DNA from: Methanosphaera stadtmanae DSM 3091
GTDB lineage: Archaea > Methanobacteriota > Methanobacteria > Methanobacteriales > Methanobacteriaceae
Direction of reading: 5' to 3'
Length of the DNA: 32,000 bases
Assembly (NCBI RefSeq): GCF_000012545.1
Contig: NC_007681.1
Span: 1-32,000, forward strand
The translations under genes were made by a program, and so were the position numbers. The notes beneath the pieces are model-generated. The model was not told the origin of the DNA, made no database searches, and was given only the letters and a program-made list of their open reading frames with translations. Each line of letters starts with the position of its first letter. The first letter of the stretch is position 1. Shown in pieces: positions 17,696-26,601 of this stretch.

Positions 17696-18616
17696 TTATA
17701 TAAAGTCTAACCATCCATATTTATCTTCAACTTTGTTATTTACTATATCAAATAGGCTATCTTGTATTTCTTTAGTTACAGGGCCACGTTTTCCTTTACC
17801 TATTTGTATTTTATCAATAGATCTTATTGGAGATAATTCTGCTGCAGTACCACTAAAGAATACTTCATCAGCTGTGTATAATCTTTCTCTAGGTATTGTT
17901 TCTTCTCTTACTTTATAACCTAAATCTTCTGCTATCGTTATAATAGTATTTCTTGTAATACCTTTTAATACAGATGAACCAATATCTGGTGTGTATAATT
18001 CTCCATCTTCTACAAAGAATATATTTTCACCAGTACCTTCTCCAACAGTACCTTCATAGTTAAGCATAATACTTTCTTTGTATCCATTAGTTGTTGCTTC
18101 TATTTTAGCTAATTGTGAATTCATATAATTTGATCCAGCTTTAGCTAAGTTTGGCATAGTGTCTGGTGCCATTTTTCTCCAGGATGATGTGCATACATCA
18201 ATTCCTTGTTCTAGAGCATCTTCTCCAAGGTATTGTCCCCATGCCCATACAGCAATAACAGTTTCTATAGGACAATTCATTGGATAAACACCAAGTTCTT
18301 TGTATCCTCTGAATACTACTGGTCTTATATAACAAGATCTTATGTTGTTTATATTTATTGTATCTTTTACAGCTTCACATAATTCATTGCGTGTGTATGG
18401 AATGTCCATTCTGTATACTTTAGCAGAATCTTCCAATCTTTTCATGTGATCTTTTAATCTAAATACTGCTGGTCCATTTTCTGTGTCATAGCATCTAATA
18501 CCTTCAAATACGCTACTACCGTAGTGAACTACGTGTGATAAAACATGTATTTGAGCATCTTTCCAATCTACTAATTCACCATTAAACCATATTTTTCCTG
18601 TTTCATCAAATGCCAT
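17696..18616 (-). CDS. ilvE: Branched-chain amino acid aminotransferase (PLP fold type IV)
   Basis: 306 aa. Motifs FEGIRCY, GENIFFV and LKGITR are characteristic of IlvE. Confidence 0.88.
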   Translation of the reverse strand: MAFDETGKIWFNGELVDWKDAQIHVLSHVVHYGSSVFEGIRCYDTENGPAVFRLKDHMKRLEDSAKVYRMDIPYTRNELCEAVKDTININNIRSCYIRPVVFRGYKELGVYPMNCPIETVIAVWAWGQYLGEDALEQGIDVCTSSWRKMAPDTMPNLAKAGSNYMNSQLAKIEATTNGYKESIMLNYEGTVGEGTGENIFFVEDGELYTPDIGSSVLKGITRNTIITIAEDLGYKVREETIPRERLYTADEVFFSGTAAELSPIRSIDKIQIGKGKRGPVTKEIQDSLFDIVNNKVEDKYGWLDFI

Positions 18617-18689
18617 TTTATTATTTCCTTCATAGTTTTTTGTATATTATAATATATATTACTTAGATAATATCTATTTTTTTAATAAT

Positions 18690-19289
18690 TTAATATTCTA
18701 CTTGTTCTTGTGATACTTCTTGACTTTGTGAGTTGACACCACGTGTACTTACTTCAGTAGGATTTTGTTCTGGAGTTTCTACATTACTTGTTGTTGATTG
18801 ACTATTATCAGCACCACCAACATCACTACTATTATCAGTTGTTGTGTTATTTATTGACGTGTTTTGGGAAGTTGTATTATTAGTTGTATTATTTTGGGTT
18901 GTGTTTTGTGTGTTATTTGGATTAGAATCTGGTTTTATTATATTTATAATACTATTTATAAAGTAATTCCAAATATTTATCACTGGATTTTTTGAGGAAT
19001 AGGTTGAATCTTCTGCTTTATCTACTTGTTTACAGGAACAATCATTTGGACAGTTACATGTTTCATTACAGTAGTAGCAATTATTGTTATTTCTTATTTT
19101 AGTTTCATTTTCAGTTATTATTTTATAATTTGGGTCTTTACATAAACATGAATTACTACATTGACAATCACTGTAGTTACATGCATAGCAGTGGTTATTA
19201 TTATAAGTAGAATCAGAAGCACTAATTGAACTTATAGAAATAAGAGCTACTAATGAGATAAGGCCTATTAAAATCATCTTTTTATTCAT
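18690..19289 (-). CDS. Secreted or membrane-anchored Cys-rich repeat protein with an Asn/Thr-rich tail (hypothetical)
   Basis: The N-terminus is a signal-like hydrophobic segment (MILIGLISLVALISISSISA). Two six-Cys modules are present: NNNHCYACNYSDCQCSNSCLCKD and NNNNCYYCNETCNCPNDCSCKQ. A run of N-x-S/T sequons follows. The first ATG is at 19289; the ORF-track start at 19304 is TTG. Confidence 0.55.
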   Translation of the reverse strand: MNKKMILIGLISLVALISISSISASDSTYNNNHCYACNYSDCQCSNSCLCKDPNYKIITENETKIRNNNNCYYCNETCNCPNDCSCKQVDKAEDSTYSSKNPVINIWNYFINSIINIIKPDSNPNNTQNTTQNNTTNNTTSQNTSINNTTTDNSSDVGGADNSQSTTSNVETPEQNPTEVSTRGVNSQSQEVSQEQVEY

Positions 19290-19397
19290 TATTTTCTCGC
19301 TCAATTTTTATTTGTTATTTAATAATTTTTTTTTCATGATTTAAAGGATTATCTATATTTTTTTCTATTATTTTTATATTTTTCATATTTTTTTAAA

Positions 19398-19405
19398 TCA
19401 TAACC
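19398..19405. repeat. Target-site duplication, left copy (TCATAACC)
   Basis: This 8-mer is identical to 20935-20942 and directly abuts the IS left inverted repeat. Confidence 0.85.
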
Positions 19406-19431
19406 GTGGCTTTCCAGTTGCTGGGTCTTGA
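19406..19431 (+). repeat. IS left terminal inverted repeat
   Basis: It matches the reverse complement of 20909-20934 at 24/26. The only difference is CT versus TC at two adjacent positions. Confidence 0.88.
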
Positions 19432-19522
19432 AAAAGTTTTGATCAAAAAAAATTTGAAAATTTATTTGAAGACGTAAAAATTTATTTCTTATCTTAATTT
19501 TTATTAAAATAAGAAAATAACG

Positions 19523-19535
19523 TTACACTTGAAAT
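19523..19535 (+). promoter_or_regulatory. Perfect copy of the origin 13-mer (TTACACTTGAAAT) inside the IS, upstream of the transposase gene
   Basis: 13/13 identity to origin boxes 574-586 and 2349-2361. It is non-coding and lies 88 nt before the transposase ATG. Confidence 0.5.
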
Positions 19536-19622
19536 ACACGACTCATCAAAATTCAACAAAAACTTTAATATAAAAAATAAGAATAATAAACTATTTATTA
19601 TAGAAAAGGAATAGATATTAAT

Positions 19623-20897
19623 ATGAAAACCCAAATATCTAATTCCTTAAAGGATAATATGTCCTCAATACAACTTAAACTTAACGATTTTGGTCTCAAA
19701 GATCCAATTAAAAAAAATACTGAAGAACTCTTTAAAACTAAAAATACAAGACCTATCAACCAAGAATATGTTTATTTAAATGATAATCACTTTGAATATG
19801 ATAACCCCACCTGTTCACATTGTCACAAAAAACACGAAAAACATAAAGTTATTAAAAAAGGATTCCGAACAAGAAAAGTCAGAACAACAAATAAAACCAA
19901 AATAACAATATTTTTAAGACGTTATCAATGTAAAACATGTGGAAAAAAATTCCAAACAGAATTATCATGGCTATATGATAAAAATAAAAGATACACTAAA
20001 CAATTTTTTGAATTGATAGATAAAATAATGGAATTTAGAAATATACCATTATCTCTACTACAACATATAATAAACGTAGTTCTAAATACTAATATAAATC
20101 TTCAAACACTTGAATTTTGGATAAAAATAAAAAATAAATTCTCTAGAAACAAAGAATACTTAAAAATAGAACTAATTAAAGATAAAAACATGATAATCAA
20201 TCATAACATCATTGGATCAGGAATTTATAACTACGACGAACAATACATTAAAATCAACGGAAAAAAATACTATCGATTAACACTATACGACTACTCCAAA
20301 GACCAACCAATCGCAGAACAAATCATAAAGAAAGAATGGAATAAAAAATCACTCTCAAGCAAAACAATAGAAGAATTCATAAAAACAGCAACAAAAGAAC
20401 GACCATTCAAAGCACTAATAACAGACGGAAAAAAACAATACAACGAAATAGCAAAAAAACTACGTGTACAACACCAAACATGCATATTCCACGCAATAAA
20501 ATACATAAAGGACGAAACAAAAAAATACTTAAGATCAAAAACACTATCAACATTAGATAAAATGACAATTGCAAACCAAACATCACAAATATGCCAAATA
20601 TATAGGGAATTAAGTCTTTATGATACATACAAAACACTAAATGAACTAAAAGACATAGAAAACCAACTATTAAAACCAATCAAAAAAATACTAAACACCA
20701 CAGTAGAAAACAACATAAACAAAATAATAACACACCACTTATACTCTGAAATACCAAGAACAAACAACGCAGTAGAACAATACTACAGAAACTCTTTACC
20801 AAAATCAAAGAAAAACAAAAAAAGAACCATTGACGGCGTACTAACAACAATAGCAACTGAAATGATGAAAAAATTTAAAAATACAAAAGAAAAATAA
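19623..20897 (+). CDS. DDE transposase with an N-terminal CxxC...CxxC zinc finger
   Basis: Zinc-finger signature CSHCHKK...(about 30 aa)...CKTCGKKF. DDE-like blocks are YDEQYIKINGKKYY, ITDGKKQYNEIAKKL and TNNAVEQYYRN. The ORF ends 12 nt before IRR. Confidence 0.8.
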   Translation: MKTQISNSLKDNMSSIQLKLNDFGLKDPIKKNTEELFKTKNTRPINQEYVYLNDNHFEYDNPTCSHCHKKHEKHKVIKKGFRTRKVRTTNKTKITIFLRRYQCKTCGKKFQTELSWLYDKNKRYTKQFFELIDKIMEFRNIPLSLLQHIINVVLNTNINLQTLEFWIKIKNKFSRNKEYLKIELIKDKNMIINHNIIGSGIYNYDEQYIKINGKKYYRLTLYDYSKDQPIAEQIIKKEWNKKSLSSKTIEEFIKTATKERPFKALITDGKKQYNEIAKKLRVQHQTCIFHAIKYIKDETKKYLRSKTLSTLDKMTIANQTSQICQIYRELSLYDTYKTLNELKDIENQLLKPIKKILNTTVENNINKIITHHLYSEIPRTNNAVEQYYRNSLPKSKKNKKRTIDGVLTTIATEMMKKFKNTKEK

Positions 20898-20908
20898 ATA
20901 TTCAAAAA

Positions 20909-20934
20909 TCAAGACCCGACAACTGGAAAGCCAC
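20909..20934 (-). repeat. IS right terminal inverted repeat
   Basis: TCAAGACCCGACAACTGGAAAGCCAC is the reverse complement of IRL at 24/26. Confidence 0.88.
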
Positions 20935-20942
20935 TCATAACC
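20935..20942. repeat. Target-site duplication, right copy (TCATAACC)
   Basis: Identical to 19398-19405. Confidence 0.85.
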
Positions 20943-21019
20943 AAAACATTTATATATTACTTTCAATATACTAAGTAATAGTGCCTTAAAGAGGACTACT
21001 AAAAACTATTTTATTTATT

Positions 21020-21091
21020 GGGCTGGTGGTCTAGGGGTATGATACCTCCCTTACAAGGAGGGGATCAGGAGTTCAAATCTCCTCCGGCCCA
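21020..21091 (+). tRNA. tRNA-Val (anticodon UAC)
   Basis: I folded the cloverleaf by hand. The acceptor stem GGGCTGG/CCGGCCC has one G-U pair. The anticodon stem is CCTCC/GGAGG with loop CT-TAC-AA. The variable loop is 5 nt. The T arm is AGGAG-TTCAAAT-CTCCT. The discriminator is A. No CCA is encoded. A T-rich tract follows. Confidence 0.9.
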
Positions 21092-21275
21092 TTTATTTAA
21101 TTATAATAACTATTTTTAGAAAAAATTAATTCTATTATATAATATATTCTATTTTAGGATATTAATTAAAATTGGAATATACGTCATATACTCCATTAAT
21201 TAAACTAATTTTCAGATATTTGTATTTAATCTAAAAAAATTAAAAAAAAGTTGTAGGAGAAAGCTTTTATTTTTT

Positions 21276-22163
21276 TTATACTGTTAACATTACAATTGAT
21301 ATTATTATTGATATGAAGAAAATAATACTTCCCTTAAATAAAACATCAGACAAGTTTTTGTTTATCAATAATAAACCACAATAACATACTATGGCATTTG
21401 TTGCTATTTTACCAATTCCAGTGTATGGTCCAGCAGTAAGATTAGTTAAAATATATGATATGATTGTTGAGATAACAATTAACAATAGCATATAAACAAT
21501 TGTATGTTCACTAAAGAAACTTAATGCACTTGAAGTATCAACAGAGAATTTATTTCTAATAGTACTACTTCCCTGATTTAAATAATTTCGCCCATTATTT
21601 AAATAATTTCTATTGTTACTACTTCTATAATAAGTATTTCTAGTATTTTCATGTTTTCTTTTTGAAAATAATGAACGTTTATTATTTTGATGTGGATTTA
21701 AGCTAGCTGGTTTAACTTTTCCTGGTTCATAATAGTCGTATGGATCATAATCATCTTCATCTACAGTAGGTTCTGTTACAATTGTACGTTTTTTAGCATA
21801 GTTTTTAGCTATTTTTATTAAACCTTTCCTATCAATTAATTTTATATTCCGTTTTTGAGCATAAAGAGCAGCACCATGAGTATAGCTACTTGTAGTAAAT
21901 ATGATAATTTTTGAAGCATGGGTAGCTTTTTTTGCAAATTCCATTTCTTTTAATACATCTAATCCGATTTTCCATGGTTCTTCATAGTTTTTACAAGCAA
22001 CTACAACACCAACATCGCCAACTGATGTTTCAAGAAGACCATATATATCAATAATTTGATCAGATATTTTATAGTTCTTTTTAATTTTAAAACCACTATC
22101 TTCCATAATAGTAGCAATAAAATTCACTAATCGTTCTTTTTCCAAGTTTCTCCCTCTTTGCAT
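21276..22163 (-). CDS. Membrane-anchored protein with an N-terminal Mrr-like restriction-endonuclease-fold domain
   Basis: The first ~125 aa resemble Mrr_cat (IIDIYGLL...VGVVVACKNY...KIIIFTTSSYTHGAALYAQKRNIKLIDRKGL). A low-complexity linker with a duplicated NNRNYLN/NGRNYLN follows. Three C-terminal hydrophobic helices are present. The acidic or Gln residue of the (E/D/Q)xK motif is Ala (ACK). Confidence 0.55.
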   Translation of the reverse strand: MQRGRNLEKERLVNFIATIMEDSGFKIKKNYKISDQIIDIYGLLETSVGDVGVVVACKNYEEPWKIGLDVLKEMEFAKKATHASKIIIFTTSSYTHGAALYAQKRNIKLIDRKGLIKIAKNYAKKRTIVTEPTVDEDDYDPYDYYEPGKVKPASLNPHQNNKRSLFSKRKHENTRNTYYRSSNNRNYLNNGRNYLNQGSSTIRNKFSVDTSSALSFFSEHTIVYMLLLIVISTIISYILTNLTAGPYTGIGKIATNAIVCYCGLLLINKNLSDVLFKGSIIFFISIIISIVMLTV

Positions 22164-22299
22164 TTAAGATTGTTTATTATTCTATAGTCAAATATATGTG
22201 GATAACATTACTATTGATTTATGTTTTATTAATTCATCTATTATAATTTAACTATTATTTTTAAAATAATTATTAATGAGTTTAACATACATATATAAT

Positions 22300-23070
22300 A
22301 TGAATATCTTAATAACAAATGACGATGGCTTAACATCTAATGGAATTATTGCTGCAAGAAACTCTGTAGAAGATCTTGGACAAACAACATTGGTAGCACC
22401 ATTAACTCAACAAAGTGGTGTAGGTCATGCAATAACATTAATGAAACCATTAAGAGCAATTAAAACAGAATTAAGTGATAAAACATATGGATATGCTGTT
22501 ACAGGAACTCCAACAGATTGTGTTATTCTTGCTGTAAAAAGCATCATGGATAAAAAACCTGATCTAATTATTTCTGGTATGAATATTGGTGAAAATTTAT
22601 CTAGATCAATTACCACATCTGGAACTCTTGGAGCAACTTTTGAAGCGGCTTCATTTGGAATTCCTGCAATTGCAGTATCATTACAAGTAAATAGGGAAGA
22701 TTTAAAATTTAGAACAGGTGTTAATTTTATAGATTACTCTCATGCAGAATCAATAGTTAATAAACTAGCAAAAAAAGTAATAAAACATGGCATGCCTGAA
22801 GGAGTGGATATTTTAAATTTAAATATACCTGCAAACCCTGATTCTGATGAAATTATACAGTCTAACTTTGCAGATAGAATGTTTTCAACTGATGTTGAAA
22901 AAAGAATAGATCCATATGGACATCCATATTATTGGATTGTAGGCGATTTAATTGATGATGGTATTGAAGGAACAGATGTACATACATTACATATTTTAAA
23001 TCAACCTGCAGTAACACCAATTTCAATAGATATGGATGCACAAGTAAATATATCCAAATGGTTAGATTAA
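22300..23070 (+). CDS. surE: 5'/3'-nucleotidase SurE
   Basis: The N-terminus MNILITNDDG is the canonical SurE start. GMNIGEN and SGT.GA motifs are present. The ORF-track start at 22276 adds 8 aa. Confidence 0.88.
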   Translation: MNILITNDDGLTSNGIIAARNSVEDLGQTTLVAPLTQQSGVGHAITLMKPLRAIKTELSDKTYGYAVTGTPTDCVILAVKSIMDKKPDLIISGMNIGENLSRSITTSGTLGATFEAASFGIPAIAVSLQVNREDLKFRTGVNFIDYSHAESIVNKLAKKVIKHGMPEGVDILNLNIPANPDSDEIIQSNFADRMFSTDVEKRIDPYGHPYYWIVGDLIDDGIEGTDVHTLHILNQPAVTPISIDMDAQVNISKWLD

Positions 23071-24084
23071 TTATTCATATATTACATCAATTCCCATTAT
23101 TTTATCTACTTTATTTTTTTCTATATCATAAGCAATGTAACTACTACCTATAGCTCCACTATCACTACCTAAAACATAAACTGGACAGATTCTTTCTATT
23201 TTTTCTTTAATCATTCCACTAATATTAATGGGACTTGTCATACATCCACCAGAACCTGTAAGAACAATACCATCAATCTTATTTTCCATAATACCATACA
23301 AACCATAAATTTCCATAATAACACTCATAACAAGACTACGTATTGCAAGAAGACCTTTTTTGTCGTTATGAAGAGCTTTTTCTAGGATATCATCCTTTAC
23401 ATTGTTAATTTGAGAATCAACACAAGCAATTTTTGAAATACCAGCATGTGAAAAAGCTTCATTTGCAGTTTTTTTTCCAGAATCAATATCACGTATCATG
23501 TCAAGATCAAGTGGTCCATGAATAAAACCCATAGCACCAACACAAGCATCCATGGCACCTTTTATTTTACCATCTTCCACAAGAATACACACAGTATTAG
23601 AACTAATATCTGCAATAATCATATTTTTAAAACCAGTTTTAAGATAGGCATAATATGATAAACTTACCTTTTCAGGACTTCCACAATGTGAATAACTAGC
23701 TCTAAAACGATCATCTAAGAATTCACATCCACTATGTAATCCAGGTATAAGTACTGATGGTATATTTAACTCCATAATATCTTCATAAACAGTAGTTCCT
23801 CCACCAGTAACTTTTCCAGCACCATTTATTGACTGAATTCCCCTATCTTTAACAAGATCTATTGGTGTAATTTTAGATATTCCATCACCCATAGCATATG
23901 TCATAGCAAGTAATTTTACTTTTTTAATATCAATTTTATCATTTATAATATCTTTGAAGAATATTTCCTTTTTAGATAATTTATCTCTATTTAATTTAAA
24001 ATAAGAAACTTCTTCTTTATTTTCATCAATAATTTCAAAAGAAATTGCTGTTGTTCCATGATCCATACCCATATAGTATTTCAT
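23071..24084 (-). CDS. ASKHA-fold (actin/HSP70/sugar-kinase-like) protein, probably methanogenesis marker protein 12 (UPF0285)
   Basis: The N-terminal phosphate-1-like motif is GMDHGTTAISFEI. A second motif, VLTGSGG, is present. 337 aa. An AGGAG RBS is present. The family assignment is from memory of the UPF0285 pattern and is not verified. Confidence 0.45.
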   Translation of the reverse strand: MKYYMGMDHGTTAISFEIIDENKEEVSYFKLNRDKLSKKEIFFKDIINDKIDIKKVKLLAMTYAMGDGISKITPIDLVKDRGIQSINGAGKVTGGGTTVYEDIMELNIPSVLIPGLHSGCEFLDDRFRASYSHCGSPEKVSLSYYAYLKTGFKNMIIADISSNTVCILVEDGKIKGAMDACVGAMGFIHGPLDLDMIRDIDSGKKTANEAFSHAGISKIACVDSQINNVKDDILEKALHNDKKGLLAIRSLVMSVIMEIYGLYGIMENKIDGIVLTGSGGCMTSPINISGMIKEKIERICPVYVLGSDSGAIGSSYIAYDIEKNKVDKIMGIDVIYE

Positions 24085-24160
24085 TTAAATTACTCCTTTA
24101 TAATTCTAAAAATAAGTGTATTAACTAAATAAAAAAATAGTTTTTTTCTTTGGAGGTTAT

Positions 24161-24199
24161 AAAAAAATATTAAAGAAGAAGGTTTAAAACCTTATTCTT
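24161..24199 (-). terminator. Possible ilvC terminator (imperfect hairpin overlapping the stop codon, followed by a T7 run on the transcribed strand)
   Basis: The palindrome AAGGTTT-A-AAACCTT at 24179-24193 extends to about 24173-24199 with one mismatch. The A7 at 24161-24167 is a T7 on the minus-strand transcript. Confidence 0.3.
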
Positions 24200-25184
24200 C
24201 TTTTTGTAATCCGCAAGCAATTCTTAAGTTTTTACCAACTTTTTCTATTTGTTTTTCGCCTTCTAATCTTCTTTGTGTTAAAAGTTTAGGATAGGATGTA
24301 TCTGCATCTACTGCAAATTCTGTTGCGAATGTACCATCTTGAATTTCTCTTAAAATCTTTTTCATATTTTCTTTAGATTCTTCTGTGATAACTCTGTCTC
24401 TTCTTGTAAGTCCACCAAATTCTGCAGTGTTACTTACATCATGCCACATATTTCCAAATCCTTTTTCATAGATTAAATCAACGATAAGTTTCATTTCGTG
24501 ACATGTTTCGAAGTAAGCCATTTCAGGTTTGTATCCAGCTTCTACAAGGGTTTCAAATCCTGCTTGTATAAGTCCAGTTAATCCACCACAAAGAACTGCT
24601 TGTTCTCCGAATAAATCTGTTTCAGTTTCTTCTCTATATGTAGTTTCAATTACACCTGCTCTTGTAAGACCTACAGCTTTAGCCATTTCTATAGCAATAT
24701 CGTATGCATCTCCAGTAGCATCTTGTTCAATTGCTATTAAACCTGGAGTTCCGAATCCTTCTTGGTAAGTTTGTCTTACTTTTGATCCTGGTGCTTTAGG
24801 TGCAATCATTGTTACATTAACATCTTCAGGTACTCTTATACGATTAAAGTGTATGTTGTATCCGTGTGAGAATGAGATTGTGTTTCCTGGTTCAACATAT
24901 TGTTGAATTTGGTTTTCATATACTGTTTTTTGGATTTCATCAGGTATTAATATGTGTATAATATCTGCTTCTTTGGAAGCATCTTCAATGGTTTTTACAG
25001 TTAATCCATCTTCTTGTGCTTTTTTCCAGGATTTTCCACCTTCTCTTAAACCTACTATAACATTTAGGCCACTGTCATGCATATTGAGGGATTGACCTCT
25101 ACCTTGACTACCGTATCCTATTACTGCAATAGTTTTGTTTTCTAATACATTTGTATTTACATCGTCGTCATATAAAACTTTCAT
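24192..25184 (-). CDS. ilvC: Ketol-acid reductoisomerase
   Basis: NADPH-binding motif [14 protein letters not shown]. 330 aa, class I KARI length. An AGGAG RBS is present. Confidence 0.95.
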   Translation of the reverse strand: MKVLYDDDVNTNVLENKTIAVIGYGSQGRGQSLNMHDSGLNVIVGLREGGKSWKKAQEDGLTVKTIEDASKEADIIHILIPDEIQKTVYENQIQQYVEPGNTISFSHGYNIHFNRIRVPEDVNVTMIAPKAPGSKVRQTYQEGFGTPGLIAIEQDATGDAYDIAIEMAKAVGLTRAGVIETTYREETETDLFGEQAVLCGGLTGLIQAGFETLVEAGYKPEMAYFETCHEMKLIVDLIYEKGFGNMWHDVSNTAEFGGLTRRDRVITEESKENMKKILREIQDGTFATEFAVDADTSYPKLLTQRRLEGEKQIEKVGKNLRIACGLQKEE

Positions 25185-25443
25185 GTTATCGAGTACTCCT
25201 TAAAATTTTATGAATTCTATATAGATTTTCTTTTACAGTTAATGATTTTGTTTAAACTTATATAAAGGTTTTCTTTATTTTATTATAAAATTCATTTCCA
25301 TCATAGATTTAGTAAATAAGTTATAGTTAATATGAAATATTCATAGAAACATATACTTAATATAAAGTGATTTAATTACATGTATTAAATTACAATTCAT
25401 AAACATTAACTTAAATACAATAAAGTAAGAGAGGTTATTAGCT

Positions 25444-26499
25444 ATGAATTTTCAAGATATTTGTAAGAATATTTTTAGATTTTTTAAAAAAAATAACCAC
25501 ACAGAAGAAAATCCAACTAAAAAACAAAATAACACCAACAATATAGATACTTCGTCTATTTCAACAGACATAATTTCTTCAAATAGAAAAACATCTAATG
25601 ACTTAACATCTTCTGATATAGATTTCAACTCATATTTTAAAGATCTTAAAAAGACGTTACTTGGTAGAGATACTATTTTTCTAGTTAATGATACAAATAA
25701 TGAAATAAGACAACATTATGATAAAAGCTATGTTGGACATATTGATTATAATAAATTCATTAAAAGTCAAAGGCAAAAAAAACATTATTTTAACAAACAA
25801 GGTATGAATTATGCCTTTTTTGCAATACCAGATAAAAGTATACTTCAAAAGAATAGATTACCCTTTAAAACAAACACTCCCTATAGGCATGTGGATAAAC
25901 TAGGGGAGGTAGTATATGATCTTAAGGATGTAGTTGATGAAACAGATTGTGATATAACTGATTCACATATTAAAAGAACAGCAGGTCCTAAAATAAATGC
26001 ATACATATTATCAAAATTTCATGATAAAAGCTATGAATACTATTTAGAGAAAATATATGAAAAAATTAAGATATATCATGTAGAAAAATATAAGGGAGAC
26101 TTAATGAGTCAAAAAAATTGGTCATATGGCGAAGGTGAATTAAAGGATAAGTATTACTACGTACCTACAGATGCAGTGAATTTAGTTAATGAATATGAAA
26201 CTCTTATAGATGAAGCACCCGAGGAATTTAAGTTATATAAAAAACGTCCTTCATTATATTTTAGAAATAATCAAAGTATTTCCAATAAAAAATTATTACT
26301 ACTTAGTGATTCATATGCTGAGAGATTGTTTCATTCATTTATAGCATATTATAGAGAAGTTTTTGCCTACTGGGATCACTGGGATTTTAATGAAGATGTT
26401 GTAAAATGGTACAATCCAGATGATGTTGTTGAATTAAGAGGTGAACGATTCTTAGATAATCCCCTATATTTTAGTGATATGTATCATGAAGAAATTTAA
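25444..26499 (+). CDS. Hypothetical protein with AlgJ/AlgX-like SGNH (O-acyltransferase-type) motifs and a disordered N/S/T-rich N-terminus
   Basis: The ordered blocks resemble the AlgJ/AlgX/DHHW-type fold: GRDTIFLV, FFAIPDKSILQKNRLP, TDSHIKRTAG, KGDLMS, LLLLSDSYAERLF and NPDDVVELRGERFL. No obvious signal peptide or TM segment is present. A GAGAGG RBS is present. Confidence 0.35.
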   Translation: MNFQDICKNIFRFFKKNNHTEENPTKKQNNTNNIDTSSISTDIISSNRKTSNDLTSSDIDFNSYFKDLKKTLLGRDTIFLVNDTNNEIRQHYDKSYVGHIDYNKFIKSQRQKKHYFNKQGMNYAFFAIPDKSILQKNRLPFKTNTPYRHVDKLGEVVYDLKDVVDETDCDITDSHIKRTAGPKINAYILSKFHDKSYEYYLEKIYEKIKIYHVEKYKGDLMSQKNWSYGEGELKDKYYYVPTDAVNLVNEYETLIDEAPEEFKLYKKRPSLYFRNNQSISNKKLLLLSDSYAERLFHSFIAYYREVFAYWDHWDFNEDVVKWYNPDDVVELRGERFLDNPLYFSDMYHEEI

Positions 26500-26601
26500 A
26501 AACATGTTACATATTACTTTTTTAAAAACTTTTTTTCAAATGTAATTATTTATATATAGAATTATAAGATAATATTATTAAAATGAAGCTACGTGATAAA
26601 A

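Larger units (their letters stand above)
19406..20934 (+). mobile_element. Intact insertion sequence: 1,529 bp, single DDE transposase ORF, 26-bp terminal IRs, 8-bp TSD
   Basis: IRL GTGGCTTTCCAGTTGCTGGGTCTTGA (19406-19431) matches the reverse complement of IRR (20909-20934) at 24/26. The element is flanked by identical TCATAACC copies. One 424-aa ORF fills the element. The family is not resolved by eye; the size and 8-bp duplication fit ISM1-, ISL3- or IS256-type elements. Confidence 0.88.

Noticed and set aside
23068-23073. Convergent surE and marker-12-like genes end on adjacent nucleotides (TAA at 23068-23070 and a reverse-strand TAA at 23071-23073) with zero intergenic space
   Set aside because: This is a curiosity of a compact genome. 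There is no structure or repeat at the junction to suggest a functional element.
26533-26545. TTTTCAAATGTAA, an 11/13 match to the origin box, in the intergenic region upstream of the Cas4-like gene
   Set aside because: It is a single degenerate copy in AT-rich DNA. I cannot distinguish it from chance without genome-wide statistics.
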